Source: Deinococcus sp. (GTDB taxonomy: Bacteria > Deinococcota > Deinococci > Deinococcales > Deinococcaceae). From it: a stretch of DNA of 64,000 bases. Below the pieces are notes generated by a model that had not been told where the DNA came from, searched no databases, and worked only from the letters and a program-made list of their open reading frames with translations. Where the stretch lies: positions 128,001 through 192,000 of the forward strand of contig OZ253376.1 in NCBI GenBank assembly GCA_965261005.1. Reading direction: 5' to 3'. This document shows, piece after piece, positions 20,830-29,720 of this stretch. The position numbers and the translations under genes are program-made. Position 1 is the stretch's first letter. The number at the start of each line of letters is the position of its first letter.

Positions 20830-22325
20830 GCCGCGCGCCGCACACGCACGTCGCCATTATCGGGACGGGCTTTTCGGGGCTGGGGGCCGCCGTCCGGCTG
20901 ATGCGGGCGGGGTTGGACGACCTGGTGGTGTTCGAGCGCGCGGCGGACGTGGGCGGCACTTGGCGCGACAACACCTATCCCGGCGCCGCCTGTGACACCC
21001 ACTCGAACCTCTACTCCTTCTCGTTCGCGCCCAACCCGCACTGGAGCCGGGTCTTCGCGGGACAGGCCGAAATCCTTGAGTACCTGAGGGACACCGCCCG
21101 CACGTTCGGCGTGCTGCCCAAGATTCGCTTCGGCCACGCGGTCGAGCGCGCCGAGTGGGACAATCAGGAGGCGAGGTGGCGAATTCACACGGGCGGCGGC
21201 GACTACACCGCCGACCTCGTCATCTCCGGGCACGGCCCGCTGGTCGAGCCGAGATGGCCGGATATTCCCGGCCTGGAAAACTTCGGGGGCGCCAAGATGC
21301 ACTCCGCGCACTGGAACCACGCGGTGGATTTGACCGGCAAGCGCGTGGCGGTGATCGGCACCGGCGCCTCGGCCATCCAGTTTGTGCCGGCCATTCAGCC
21401 GGAGGCGGGGCAGCTGATGGTGTTCCAGAGAAGCGCGCCGTGGATCGTGCCACGCCCCGACCGACCGCACGGCGAGCGTGAGCTGGCCCTGTTCCGCCGC
21501 CTGCCTGCCACCCAGCGCGCCGCGCGCCAAGCCATCTTCGCGCGCGGCGAGATCAACGTGCTGGGCTTCACCAACGCGCGGGTGAACGGGCTGCTCAGCG
21601 GGGTGGCGCGGGCGCACTTGCAGGCCCAGGTGCCCAGCTTGGAGCTGCGCGAAAAGCTCATCCCGAACTACCGCATGGGCTGCAAGCGCATTCTGGTCTC
21701 GAACGACTTTTATCCGGCGGTCCAGCAACCCAACGTCGAACTCGTCACGGAGGCCATTGCCGAAATTCGCCCGCACTCGGTCGTGACGGCGGACGGCGTG
21801 GAGCGCGAGGTGGACGTGCTGATCTGCGGCACCGGCTTTCAAGCGACCGAGCCGCCCATCGCGGGGGTCTTTCACGGAAAGGACGGCCGCACCCTGGCCG
21901 AGGTGTGGCGCGGCAGCCCGCAGGCCTACCTGGGCACGACGGTGGCGGGCTTTCCGAACCTGTTCCTGATGGTGGGGCCGAACACCGGCTCGGGCCACAT
22001 CTCCATCGTGTACATGATCGAGGCGCAGCTGCACTATATCCTGGCTTGCCTGAAGTTCATGCAGGGCCACCACCTGCTCGCCTTCGACGTGAAGGCGGAG
22101 GCGCAGCGCGCCTACAACGCGGACGTGCAGGCGCGGCTCAGGGGCGCCGTCTGGACCGAGGGGGGCTGCACCAGCTTTTACCTCGACAGAAACGGCGTGA
22201 ACACCGCGCTGTGGCCGGGCTTCGCCACCCACTTTCGCCGGCGCTTGGCACGCTTCGATGCCGCCGCCTACGACTGGCGCCTCAGCCCGGCGGCCTTGAG
22301 TGGGCGGCGGACAGCGGGCCGCTGA
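20826..22325 (+). CDS. flavin-containing monooxygenase (Baeyer-Villiger type)
   Basis: GTGFSG, GGTWRDNTYPG, FGGAKMHSAHW fingerprint, GTGASA, GCKR. Confidence 0.92.
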   Translation: MSRAPHTHVAIIGTGFSGLGAAVRLMRAGLDDLVVFERAADVGGTWRDNTYPGAACDTHSNLYSFSFAPNPHWSRVFAGQAEILEYLRDTARTFGVLPKIRFGHAVERAEWDNQEARWRIHTGGGDYTADLVISGHGPLVEPRWPDIPGLENFGGAKMHSAHWNHAVDLTGKRVAVIGTGASAIQFVPAIQPEAGQLMVFQRSAPWIVPRPDRPHGERELALFRRLPATQRAARQAIFARGEINVLGFTNARVNGLLSGVARAHLQAQVPSLELREKLIPNYRMGCKRILVSNDFYPAVQQPNVELVTEAIAEIRPHSVVTADGVEREVDVLICGTGFQATEPPIAGVFHGKDGRTLAEVWRGSPQAYLGTTVAGFPNLFLMVGPNTGSGHISIVYMIEAQLHYILACLKFMQGHHLLAFDVKAEAQRAYNADVQARLRGAVWTEGGCTSFYLDRNGVNTALWPGFATHFRRRLARFDAAAYDWRLSPAALSGRRTAGR

Positions 22326-22397
22326 CTCTTGACCTCGGCCGAATCTGATTACCAGGGACGGCTTGCCGCCTGCAATCCATGTGAAATTTAACGGCAC

Positions 22398-22418
22398 AAA
22401 AGTTAATGAAAAGTTAAT
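22398..22418 (+). promoter_or_regulatory. AAAAGTTAAT direct repeat (11-bp period) in AT-rich promoter region
   Basis: Copies at 22398-22407 and 22409-22418, followed by a TATAAC -10-like element. Confidence 0.45.
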
Positions 22419-22500
22419 ATATAACTCAGCCGAGCGAAAACTTAACGCTCTGCGCATCGGCGGCGCGAGCGGGTTCCGAGCGCTCACGAAAGGACAACAG

Positions 22501-23163
22501 ATGTCTGACCTCGCGCGCCCGAATGCCACCCCACCGATTCAACGTCTGCTGGGCTGCTTGGCAGGTCAGTTTGTCTTTGCGGCGGGCCTGGCCCTGTTGC
22601 TGCACGCCAAGCTGGGCACAACGCCGTGGGGCGTGTTGTCCGACGCCGTGAGCCAACACACCCCGCTGACCTACGGCGGTGCCAACGCCATGATCGGCGC
22701 CTTGGCGCTGGCCTGTAGCGTGCTGTTTCGCCAGCAACTCGGCGTGGGGTCGCTGCTTCACGCCGTCTTGGTTTCGTTTTTCGCGGACGTGGTCTTGGCG
22801 TGGTTACCGCGCGCGCACGTCGCACTTTGGCCGGAGATGCTGCTGGGCATCGTGTTGACCACGGCCGGTACGGGGGCGTACATCGCGCAGCGGATGGGAC
22901 CGGGACCGCGCGACGCGATGCTGCTGGGCCTCTCCAGGCGCGCCAACATCCCCATCTGGGCCGCTCGCGCCTTGATCGAGGTGCCCATTCTGGTCGTCGG
23001 CGTTCTCTTGGGCGGCAAGGCCGGCCTCGGCACGCTGGCCTTTGTCGTGCTGGGGCCGCCGCTGACCCACTACTTCATCGGGCGCTTCAGTGGGACGCTG
23101 CCCCCCGGGCACTGGCGCGGCGCGGCCCTGCTCAGGCGGCTCGGGCGCAAGGCGGCGCTTTGA
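22501..23163 (+). CDS. YczE/YyaS/YitT family membrane protein
   Basis: LGTTPWGVL, GPGPRD, GGKAGLGT; AAGGA RBS. Confidence 0.85.
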   Translation: MSDLARPNATPPIQRLLGCLAGQFVFAAGLALLLHAKLGTTPWGVLSDAVSQHTPLTYGGANAMIGALALACSVLFRQQLGVGSLLHAVLVSFFADVVLAWLPRAHVALWPEMLLGIVLTTAGTGAYIAQRMGPGPRDAMLLGLSRRANIPIWAARALIEVPILVVGVLLGGKAGLGTLAFVVLGPPLTHYFIGRFSGTLPPGHWRGAALLRRLGRKAAL

Positions 23164-23373
23164 GGATGGCACCACGAAAACGGCAGTCCAACATCACATG
23201 TGGCGAGCTTTGCTCGCCATTTCGGCGTGGGGACGAGGCAAGGCGGTTTTGACTGCACTGCTGGATGGGTCCACAGCGCCCTCAGAACGGCCTCAGAGGC
23301 TAAGCGCCGCCTTTCACGTACAAACTAGAGATGCACTGCTCGCTGCGCGTCCTTGAGGCTCCTAAAGCATTTC

Positions 23374-24855
23374 CTAGGGTGTGGCGATCAGACGCTCGAT
23401 CTCTTCCAAGGCGGCGCGGCGGTTCTGGTTCACAAAGGTCAGCTCAAAAATTCGGTTCACAAAGGCTTGCGGGTCTTCCCTGCCGCTCAGCAGGGCCGCG
23501 CGCAGCTGGGCAATCTTGTGCTCGGTCCAGGCCTTGCCAAAGGCGCCCTTCAGGCTCAGCAGCGCCTCCTCGGCGCGCGCTTCGGGGGGCCGCGCTTTGG
23601 CCTCGGCCGTGCGCCTGACCTCGGCCTCAGCCTCAGCGCGCGCGCGCTCCTCGGCCAGGCGCGCGGCGCGCTCCCGGTGCTCGGGGCCAACGTAGCCTTC
23701 GGGGTCGGCGTACTTACCGGTGTCGTCCTTGATGACGTCCACCAGCATGGCGGCCGGTTTCTTCGGCGCGTAGGCCAGCGTCAGGGCCTCGAACTTGGCC
23801 ACCCGCTCGCTCACGCGGGCCTCGCCGAACTGGTTCACCAAGCGCGCGGCCTGGGGGCGCGCCACGCCACGGCGCGTCAGGGCCTCCACGGCCGGCCGGC
23901 GGTCGAGTTCCAGGCTCTGTTCCGGCTCAACTTGCTCCAGTCCAGCTTGTTCTGGCCCAGTTTGTTCCGGCGCTTGCGGGGCGCCCGAATTCACCGCGCT
24001 TCCGAACAGGTAGGTGATGCGCTGCGACTTGCCGCGCCCGTCATAGCGCACCTCTCGCAGGTAGCCGCGCCCCCGCAACTCCTCATGCACGCTTTCCAGC
24101 GTGCGGCGAATCTTGTCGCTGCGCTTGTCCACGATCTTGCACAAGTCGGCCCATTCCAGCAAGTTGGCGGTGTACTCGGGCAGGGGTTCGTGAACTTCCG
24201 GCGACGGGTAGCGCTTGGCGTCGAGCAGCCGGTACACGTTGCGGCTGACCGGCCCCTTCAAGCTGATCAAAAAGTCGTAGTCGAGCGGCTTGACGTAGCG
24301 GGCGCGAATGGACTGTGCGACGGGTTGCGCGAGGCGAATCACGATCACGCTCTTGCTGGACAAGCCCCGGTCGTCGTCCTCGCTGGTGTACTGCACCGTC
24401 TCGAAGTAGTTGAACTGGCGCGTTTCCCACCGGCGCTTTTCGGCCACGTAAAAGGCGTTCGACGCGGTGTAGCGCGCCGCGCCGAGGCGGTTCAGGGACG
24501 CGCGTAGCGCCTCGTAATTGCGCCCAGTCGCGTGCAGCCCGGCCATCTGCATGATGCGGTAAGCGGTGGTACGCACTTCCCCGCTGTCCGGCTCACCCTG
24601 ATCGATGAAGAGTTGCGTGACGGCCGTGGCGACGTCGCCGTCGAGGCCGTGCGGCACGCCGCCGTACTCGCTGGGCGCCACGCACTCCAGCTTGGCGGGC
24701 AGCCCATTGGCGGTAAAGTCCACCGCCCAAGACGTGAAGTCGCGCGGAATGCGCTCTTGAATGCTGATAAAGCCGAGACGTCCCACGTTGGCCTCGTCGA
24801 AACGGCTCAGCTCGCCGCTCTTGGCCGGGACGGTCTTTTGTTTGCGCTTTGCCAT
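23374..24855 (-). CDS. repA: plasmid/megaplasmid replication initiator protein A
   Basis: DEANVGRLGFISIQERIP, GGVPHGLDGDV, SLNRL, YRLLD; adjacent to iterons and parAB. Confidence 0.85.
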   Translation of the reverse strand: MAKRKQKTVPAKSGELSRFDEANVGRLGFISIQERIPRDFTSWAVDFTANGLPAKLECVAPSEYGGVPHGLDGDVATAVTQLFIDQGEPDSGEVRTTAYRIMQMAGLHATGRNYEALRASLNRLGAARYTASNAFYVAEKRRWETRQFNYFETVQYTSEDDDRGLSSKSVIVIRLAQPVAQSIRARYVKPLDYDFLISLKGPVSRNVYRLLDAKRYPSPEVHEPLPEYTANLLEWADLCKIVDKRSDKIRRTLESVHEELRGRGYLREVRYDGRGKSQRITYLFGSAVNSGAPQAPEQTGPEQAGLEQVEPEQSLELDRRPAVEALTRRGVARPQAARLVNQFGEARVSERVAKFEALTLAYAPKKPAAMLVDVIKDDTGKYADPEGYVGPEHRERAARLAEERARAEAEAEVRRTAEAKARPPEARAEEALLSLKGAFGKAWTEHKIAQLRAALLSGREDPQAFVNRIFELTFVNQNRRAALEEIERLIATP

Positions 24856-24890
24856 GAATTGCCCGTCCCCAGTTTAGCCGCAAACCCGTC

Positions 24891-24952
24891 CTGTTGTTGT
24901 CCTATGTAGTTGTAAAGACTTTTGTTGTTTAAAAGATAAATAACAACAACAG
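24891..24952. promoter_or_regulatory. AT-rich putative DNA-unwinding element bounded by an inverted repeat
   Basis: CTGTTGTTGT (24891) ... ACAACAACAG (24943-24952); internal TGTTGT-like repeats. Confidence 0.65.
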
Positions 24953-24997
24953 GGGCGCCGCGCGAGGTCCCGAAAACACGGTGTTTTTTCGATTATT

Positions 24998-25426
24998 CCC
25001 CAAACTGTTCGTGCTTTTTTGCCCCATTTCCCCCAAACTGTTCGTGCTTTTTTGCCCCATTTCCCCCAAACTGTTCGTGCTTTCCCCCGGATTTCCCCCA
25101 AGTCGTTCGATACTTCGCCCCAAATTCCCCCCAAGTCGTTCGATAGATGCAGCCGTTATTCCCCAAACTGTTCGTGCCCTTTCCCCTCCGTTTCCCCCAA
25201 ACTGTTCGATACCCCGCTCGAATTCCCCCCAAGTTGTACGTGCCCAAGGCGCCCATTTCCCCCAAACTGTTCGTGCTTTTTCACCCCATTCCCCCCAAAC
25301 TGTTCGTGCTTTTTGGGCATATCCCCCAAACTGTTCGATAGCAAAGAGGCTTGTTTCGAGACGTTTCGAGCATCGAATTGAGGGCTGAGTGGGGTCTCTT
25401 TGGTCCTCTTCCCCCCAAACTGTTCG
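24998..25426. repeat. iteron array (oriV): 12 copies of CCCCAAACTGTTCG or variants
   Basis: Starts at 24998, 25031, 25064, 25096*, 25129*, 25161, 25195, 25227*, 25260, 25293, 25324, 25413 (*=variant); spacing 31-34 bp except the last. Confidence 0.92.
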
Positions 25427-25491
25427 GTAGAAGCCGAGCGGCAAAAGGCCGTGTTGGGGCGCTCAGGCTCCTCGACTTGGCCCGGTTGCCG

Positions 25492-25517
25492 AGCTGCACA
25501 TAACGTTATGTGCAGCT
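25492..25517. promoter_or_regulatory. candidate parS 1 (perfect 26-bp palindrome)
   Basis: AGCTGCACATAACGTTATGTGCAGCT just upstream of a parA -10 element (TATGCT, 25524). Confidence 0.8.
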
Positions 25518-25539
25518 TTGTCGTATGCTGCTTTCACCC

Positions 25540-26340
25540 ATGCCGCGACGAACGTACACGTTTTTCAATCACGCCGGTGGCGTTGGAAAGACGACCACCA
25601 GCCGGGACTTCGGCTACGAACTCGCCTTGCGCGGCTACCAAGTCTTGTTGGTGGACCTCGATCCTCAAGGCAACCTGACCAGCTTTTTGGGGGCAGACAA
25701 GTGGAACCTCATGCCGGAGGACACCTTGCTGGGCGCCCTGCTTGAGGACGTGCCGGAGCGGGTGATCGAGCGTATTCCAAAAATTCTCGAAGTGCACGGG
25801 CTGCACCTTTTGCCGGCAACGCTCGACCTCGCCGGCGCCGAAACGGGTCTGATGTCCAAGATGGCCAGAGAGCACCGCCTGTCGAACGTGCTGGAACAGC
25901 TGCCGCACGACTACGACTTCGTGCTGATCGACTCGCCGCCGTCGCTGGCGACCTTGACGGTCAACGCCTTGGTCGCGGCCGACAAGATCATCTCCCCCGT
26001 CGCCACCCGCTTCAAGGCGCTCGACGGCTTGCCCGGCCTGATGCGCATGATCGAGAGCTTGCGCTTTGTCAAGAACCGCCTGACCTTCGCCGCCTTCGTG
26101 CCGACCATGTACGATTCGCGCACCAACCACGACCGCGACATGTTGGGCGAGATTCGCGACCGTCTCAGCGACATCGCCCCGGTGCTGCCGGTGATCCGCT
26201 ACCGCGCCGCCGACCACAACGACGCCTCGACCGCCGGCGTGCCGGTCGCCTTGTACAAGCCCAACTCCGAGGCGGCGGCGGACATGCGTGAGGCCGTGGA
26301 GGCCTTTTTGAACTTCGAGCGCATCGAGGCCCGCGCGTGA
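25540..26340 (+). CDS. parA: ParA family partition ATPase
   Basis: FNHAGGVGKTT, VDLDPQGN, IDSPPS, PTMYD. Confidence 0.93.
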   Translation: MPRRTYTFFNHAGGVGKTTTSRDFGYELALRGYQVLLVDLDPQGNLTSFLGADKWNLMPEDTLLGALLEDVPERVIERIPKILEVHGLHLLPATLDLAGAETGLMSKMAREHRLSNVLEQLPHDYDFVLIDSPPSLATLTVNALVAADKIISPVATRFKALDGLPGLMRMIESLRFVKNRLTFAAFVPTMYDSRTNHDRDMLGEIRDRLSDIAPVLPVIRYRAADHNDASTAGVPVALYKPNSEAAADMREAVEAFLNFERIEARA

Positions 26341-27287
26341 GCGCTAAGCCCCGTCCCAAGGCCCGCGTCGGCGACCTGAGGCCGGCCGCCTCGGAGGAGC
26401 TGCTCAGGGGCTTCACCAGCTTCGAGCGGCACGACGCCCTTTTGGAGGTGCCGCTCGACCAGTTGACCTTGCGCAAAGACCAGCCACGGCGCCAATTTGG
26501 CGCGCAGGCGCTGCGCAGCTTGACGGCCAGCATCAAGGCGCACGGGGTCTTGCAACCCATCAGCGTACACGCCCTCGGTGAGGGACGCTACGAGGTGATC
26601 GCCGGCGAGCGGCGGGTGCGCAGCGCCCGCGAGGCGGGCCTCAGCAAGGTGCCGGCCAAGGTGTACCAGCACCTCAGCGAGGCCCAGGTCAAGACTTTGG
26701 CGGCGGTGGAGAATCTTCAGCGCGAGGACCTCAACCCGGTGGACGAGGTGGACGCCATCCTCGATATTCTCAGCGCCGAGCTGAAGCGAGACCGCGACGC
26801 CTTGCTGCGCGCCCTAGAACGCTGGCGCCGCTTGGTGCTGCGCGATCCCGAGTTGGCGCGCGCGGACCAGCAAGACAAGGGCGACGTCGAGCGCCTCGGC
26901 GAGGTCTTCGCCCGCTTGTCGCGCGGGGAGTGGACCTCGTTTGTGTCGAACCGCCTCCCGGTGCTGCGGCTGCCGCTCGATCTGCTCGACGCCGTGCGCT
27001 ATGAGCAGCTCGACTACACCAAGGCGCTGCTATTGCGCCGCGTCGCCGACGAGGGGCAGCGGCGACAGCTCACAGAGGTAGCGCGCGAGGCCAGCGTTCA
27101 GACCGTGCGCCGCATGGTCAAGCAGGCCACCGGCGGCGCGGCCCCGGAGCCTCGCCACACCGTTGCCGCCGGCGAACTCAAACGGGTCTCAGGTCTGCTC
27201 GACGAGGTGCGTTGGGCCAAGCTCGGCCGCCGCAAACAGAGCAAGATCGTTCGCTTGATTGGCGAGTTGAATGAGGTTTTGCGCTGA
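26337..27287 (+). CDS. parB: ParB/Spo0J family partition protein
   Basis: QPRRQF, GVLQPI, IAGERRVRSA, ENLQREDLNP. Confidence 0.93.
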   Translation: MSAKPRPKARVGDLRPAASEELLRGFTSFERHDALLEVPLDQLTLRKDQPRRQFGAQALRSLTASIKAHGVLQPISVHALGEGRYEVIAGERRVRSAREAGLSKVPAKVYQHLSEAQVKTLAAVENLQREDLNPVDEVDAILDILSAELKRDRDALLRALERWRRLVLRDPELARADQQDKGDVERLGEVFARLSRGEWTSFVSNRLPVLRLPLDLLDAVRYEQLDYTKALLLRRVADEGQRRQLTEVAREASVQTVRRMVKQATGGAAPEPRHTVAAGELKRVSGLLDEVRWAKLGRRKQSKIVRLIGELNEVLR

Positions 27288-27294
27288 TCGGCGG

Positions 27295-27318
27295 GCTGCA
27301 CATAACGTTATGTGCAGC
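27295..27318. promoter_or_regulatory. candidate parS 2 (perfect 24-bp palindrome)
   Basis: GCTGCACATAACGTTATGTGCAGC, 7 bp after the parB stop; identical to the core of site 1. Confidence 0.8.
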
Positions 27319-27410
27319 TCTTCGGCGGCATGTTCCGGCGCCCTTTGCCGAATTCTTACCAAACGCGGGCAGACTTGTGGCGCGGTGAGGTTGTCCCGCC
27401 ACAAGGAGCC

Positions 27411-28412
27411 ATGACCCGATTTTCAGCGCCCAACCCCCTTCACGCCGTCCGCCGCCTTTGGTCGGGCGCCGCTTCCGCGTCCTGGCATGTCGCTCACTTC
27501 GAGCGGGTGCTCGGAACTTCGCTGGAAGTACGCATTCGGACGGTTCGTCCTGAGCAGGCGCGCGTGGCCCAGGACGCCCTATTCGCCGAACTTGACCGCT
27601 TGGAGGCGGTTTTCAGCCGCTTCGATTCCGCCAGCGAGCTGAACCGCTGGCAAACGACCGCCGGGGAAGGGGCCGTTTCGGGGGACTTGGCCTGGCTGCT
27701 GCGCGAGGGGTTGAGGTGGCAGCTGGAGACGGGGGGCGCCTTTCATCCCGGCGCCGACGCCTTGGGGCAGGTGTGGCAGGGGGCGGGGGCGGCGGGTCGC
27801 CTGCCTGGCGACGCCGACCTCGCGCCAATTGTGGCCCAGTTGCGCCCGCCCGCCTATAGCGTCTCGGAAACCGAGCCTACGGTGTGGCGCCTTGGAACGT
27901 TGCCGCTCAACTTCAACGCCCTTGCCAAGGGGCGCATCGTTGACTTGGTGGGTCAGGCGGCGCAGGCGGTGGACGGCGTGAGGGAGGTGTTGGTGAACGT
28001 TGGCGGCGATGTGCGCCATCTCGGGCGCGGGGATGCCAACTGCGGGCATGTCAAGGTGGCCGTCGCCGATCCCTTCAGCGCGGCCGACAACGCGCCGCCA
28101 CTGACCCGCCTGCGGGTGCGGGGGCAAGGCGTCGCCAGCAGCGGCCGTTCCAAGCGGGGCTACCGCGTTGGCGGGCGCTGGTTTTCGCACGTGCTCGATC
28201 CGCGCACGGGCTGGCCGGCCGAGGCGGTGGTCGGCGCGAGCGTGATCGCGCCGGACTGCGCCACGGCCGACGTGCTGGCCACCGCCATGAGCGTGCTGTC
28301 CCCACACGAGAGCTTGGCGCTGGCGGGCGGTTTGCCCGGCGTCGGCTGCCTGTTGGTCACCCGGGAAGGGGACCGCCTTTCCAACGCCTTTTGGCGCAAA
28401 CACGAGTTGTAG
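27411..28412 (+). CDS. apbE: FAD:protein FMN transferase (ApbE family)
   Basis: SRFDSASEL, TGGAF, NALAKG, VNVGGD, ASSG, SHVLDPRTG, ADVLATA; AAGGAG RBS. Confidence 0.9.
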   Translation: MTRFSAPNPLHAVRRLWSGAASASWHVAHFERVLGTSLEVRIRTVRPEQARVAQDALFAELDRLEAVFSRFDSASELNRWQTTAGEGAVSGDLAWLLREGLRWQLETGGAFHPGADALGQVWQGAGAAGRLPGDADLAPIVAQLRPPAYSVSETEPTVWRLGTLPLNFNALAKGRIVDLVGQAAQAVDGVREVLVNVGGDVRHLGRGDANCGHVKVAVADPFSAADNAPPLTRLRVRGQGVASSGRSKRGYRVGGRWFSHVLDPRTGWPAEAVVGASVIAPDCATADVLATAMSVLSPHESLALAGGLPGVGCLLVTREGDRLSNAFWRKHEL

Positions 28413-28452
28413 CAGCCCAGCATCTTTCCATTTCTAAGAACGAGGTTTACCT

Positions 28453-29022
28453 ATGAAACACACTCCATCCACCACCCTCAGCCGGCGCGGCTTCCTGAAT
28501 GGGGTGGTCGGCGTCGCCCTGGGTTTGCTGCTGGGCAAGTCTGCCCTTGCACAACCGACAGTTCAGGCCAAGCTGTTGCCGCTCACCGTCAACTTCACCT
28601 TGCTGGCGCCGGCGGCCGGGCGCTACCAGCGGCCCTACGTCGCGGTGTGGATCGAGGACGCGGAGGGCAATCCGGTGCGGACACTCGCGCTGTGGGCGGA
28701 GCTGAGCGGCCGGGGTCAGCGCTACGTGCGGGACTTGCGCCGCTGGTATCAGGACACGCGAGGTGGCGGCCAGCTGAGCGACACGGCGACCGGCCCCACC
28801 CGCATGCCCGGCCAGTACAGCGTCATGTGGGACGGCAAGACCGACGCGGGCGCGCCGGCGGGCAGGGGCGACTACTTCGTGTGTTTGGAGTACGCCCGCG
28901 AACACGGTCCCTACGACCTGATCCGCCAAAGCGTCACCTTGGGCGCCGCGCCCTTCACCAAGCCGCTGCCGGCCGCCAGCGAGGTAGGAGACGTGAGCGT
29001 TGCGTACCGCAAGCCCGCCTGA
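28453..29022 (+). CDS. DUF2271 protein with Tat signal peptide
   Basis: SRRGFL twin-arginine motif; RPYVAVWIED, DLRRW, DTATGPTR, WDG, AREHG. Confidence 0.82.
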   Translation: MKHTPSTTLSRRGFLNGVVGVALGLLLGKSALAQPTVQAKLLPLTVNFTLLAPAAGRYQRPYVAVWIEDAEGNPVRTLALWAELSGRGQRYVRDLRRWYQDTRGGGQLSDTATGPTRMPGQYSVMWDGKTDAGAPAGRGDYFVCLEYAREHGPYDLIRQSVTLGAAPFTKPLPAASEVGDVSVAYRKPA

Positions 29023-29638
29023 GGGAGACAGGCTTCCGGCGGGCCGGAGGCGTCCGCCCAACCGGCGCGCGCGAACCTACGGCTGGCTGCGCTGGCTGCA
29101 CATCTACACCTCGATGCTGAGCTTACTCATCGTGCTGTTCTTCGCCCTGACCGGCATTACCCTCAACCACCCGGAGTGGACCTTCGGCGGCGCAGAGAAG
29201 CGCCAAGAGGTCAAGGGCACCCTGCCGGCGAACTGGCGCGCGAATGGTCAGGTCAATTGGCTGGCCGTGGTGGAGTATTTGCGCGCTCAGGGGGTACACG
29301 GCGTGGTGGACGATTACCGCAGCGACGCCGGCCAGGGATCGGTCAGCTTCAAGGCGCCCGGCTACGCCGCCGACGCCTTTATCGAGCTGCCGAGCGGCAA
29401 GTACACCCTGACCACCGACGAACAGGGCGCGCTGGCCGTGCTCAACGACTTGCACCGTGGCCGCGACGCGGGCGGCGCTTGGTCGTGGGCGGTGGACCTC
29501 GCCGGCGGCTTTCTGGCCCTGATCGCCTTGACGGGCCTGGGGCTGCTGCTCTTTCTGAAGAAGATTCGCCTCGCCGCGCTGCTCACCTTGCTGGGCGGCG
29601 GCGCCTTGGTGCTGCTGGCGTTGCGGCTGGGCAGCTGA
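29000..29638 (+). CDS. PepSY-associated TM helix protein
   Basis: [40 protein letters not shown] before TTG. Confidence 0.82.
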   Translation: MRTASPPEGDRLPAGRRRPPNRRARTYGWLRWLHIYTSMLSLLIVLFFALTGITLNHPEWTFGGAEKRQEVKGTLPANWRANGQVNWLAVVEYLRAQGVHGVVDDYRSDAGQGSVSFKAPGYAADAFIELPSGKYTLTTDEQGALAVLNDLHRGRDAGGAWSWAVDLAGGFLALIALTGLGLLLFLKKIRLAALLTLLGGGALVLLALRLGS

Positions 29639-29720
29639 GGGCCTGGGCAGTCGAGGGCGTGGGCAGCTGAGGGTTGAGCGTGCCAGAATGCGCGCGAAAG
29701 AACGGGAGGGGCGGTACAGC

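Noticed and set aside
24998..25426. CRISPR array
   Set aside because: The core is only 14 bp, the ~19-bp spacers resemble one another, there are no cas genes, and it lies between repA and parA; these are iterons
24874..25499. Repetitive ORFs over the origin (e.g. 24929..25444, 24981..25388)
   Set aside because: Artefacts of translating the 33-bp repeats
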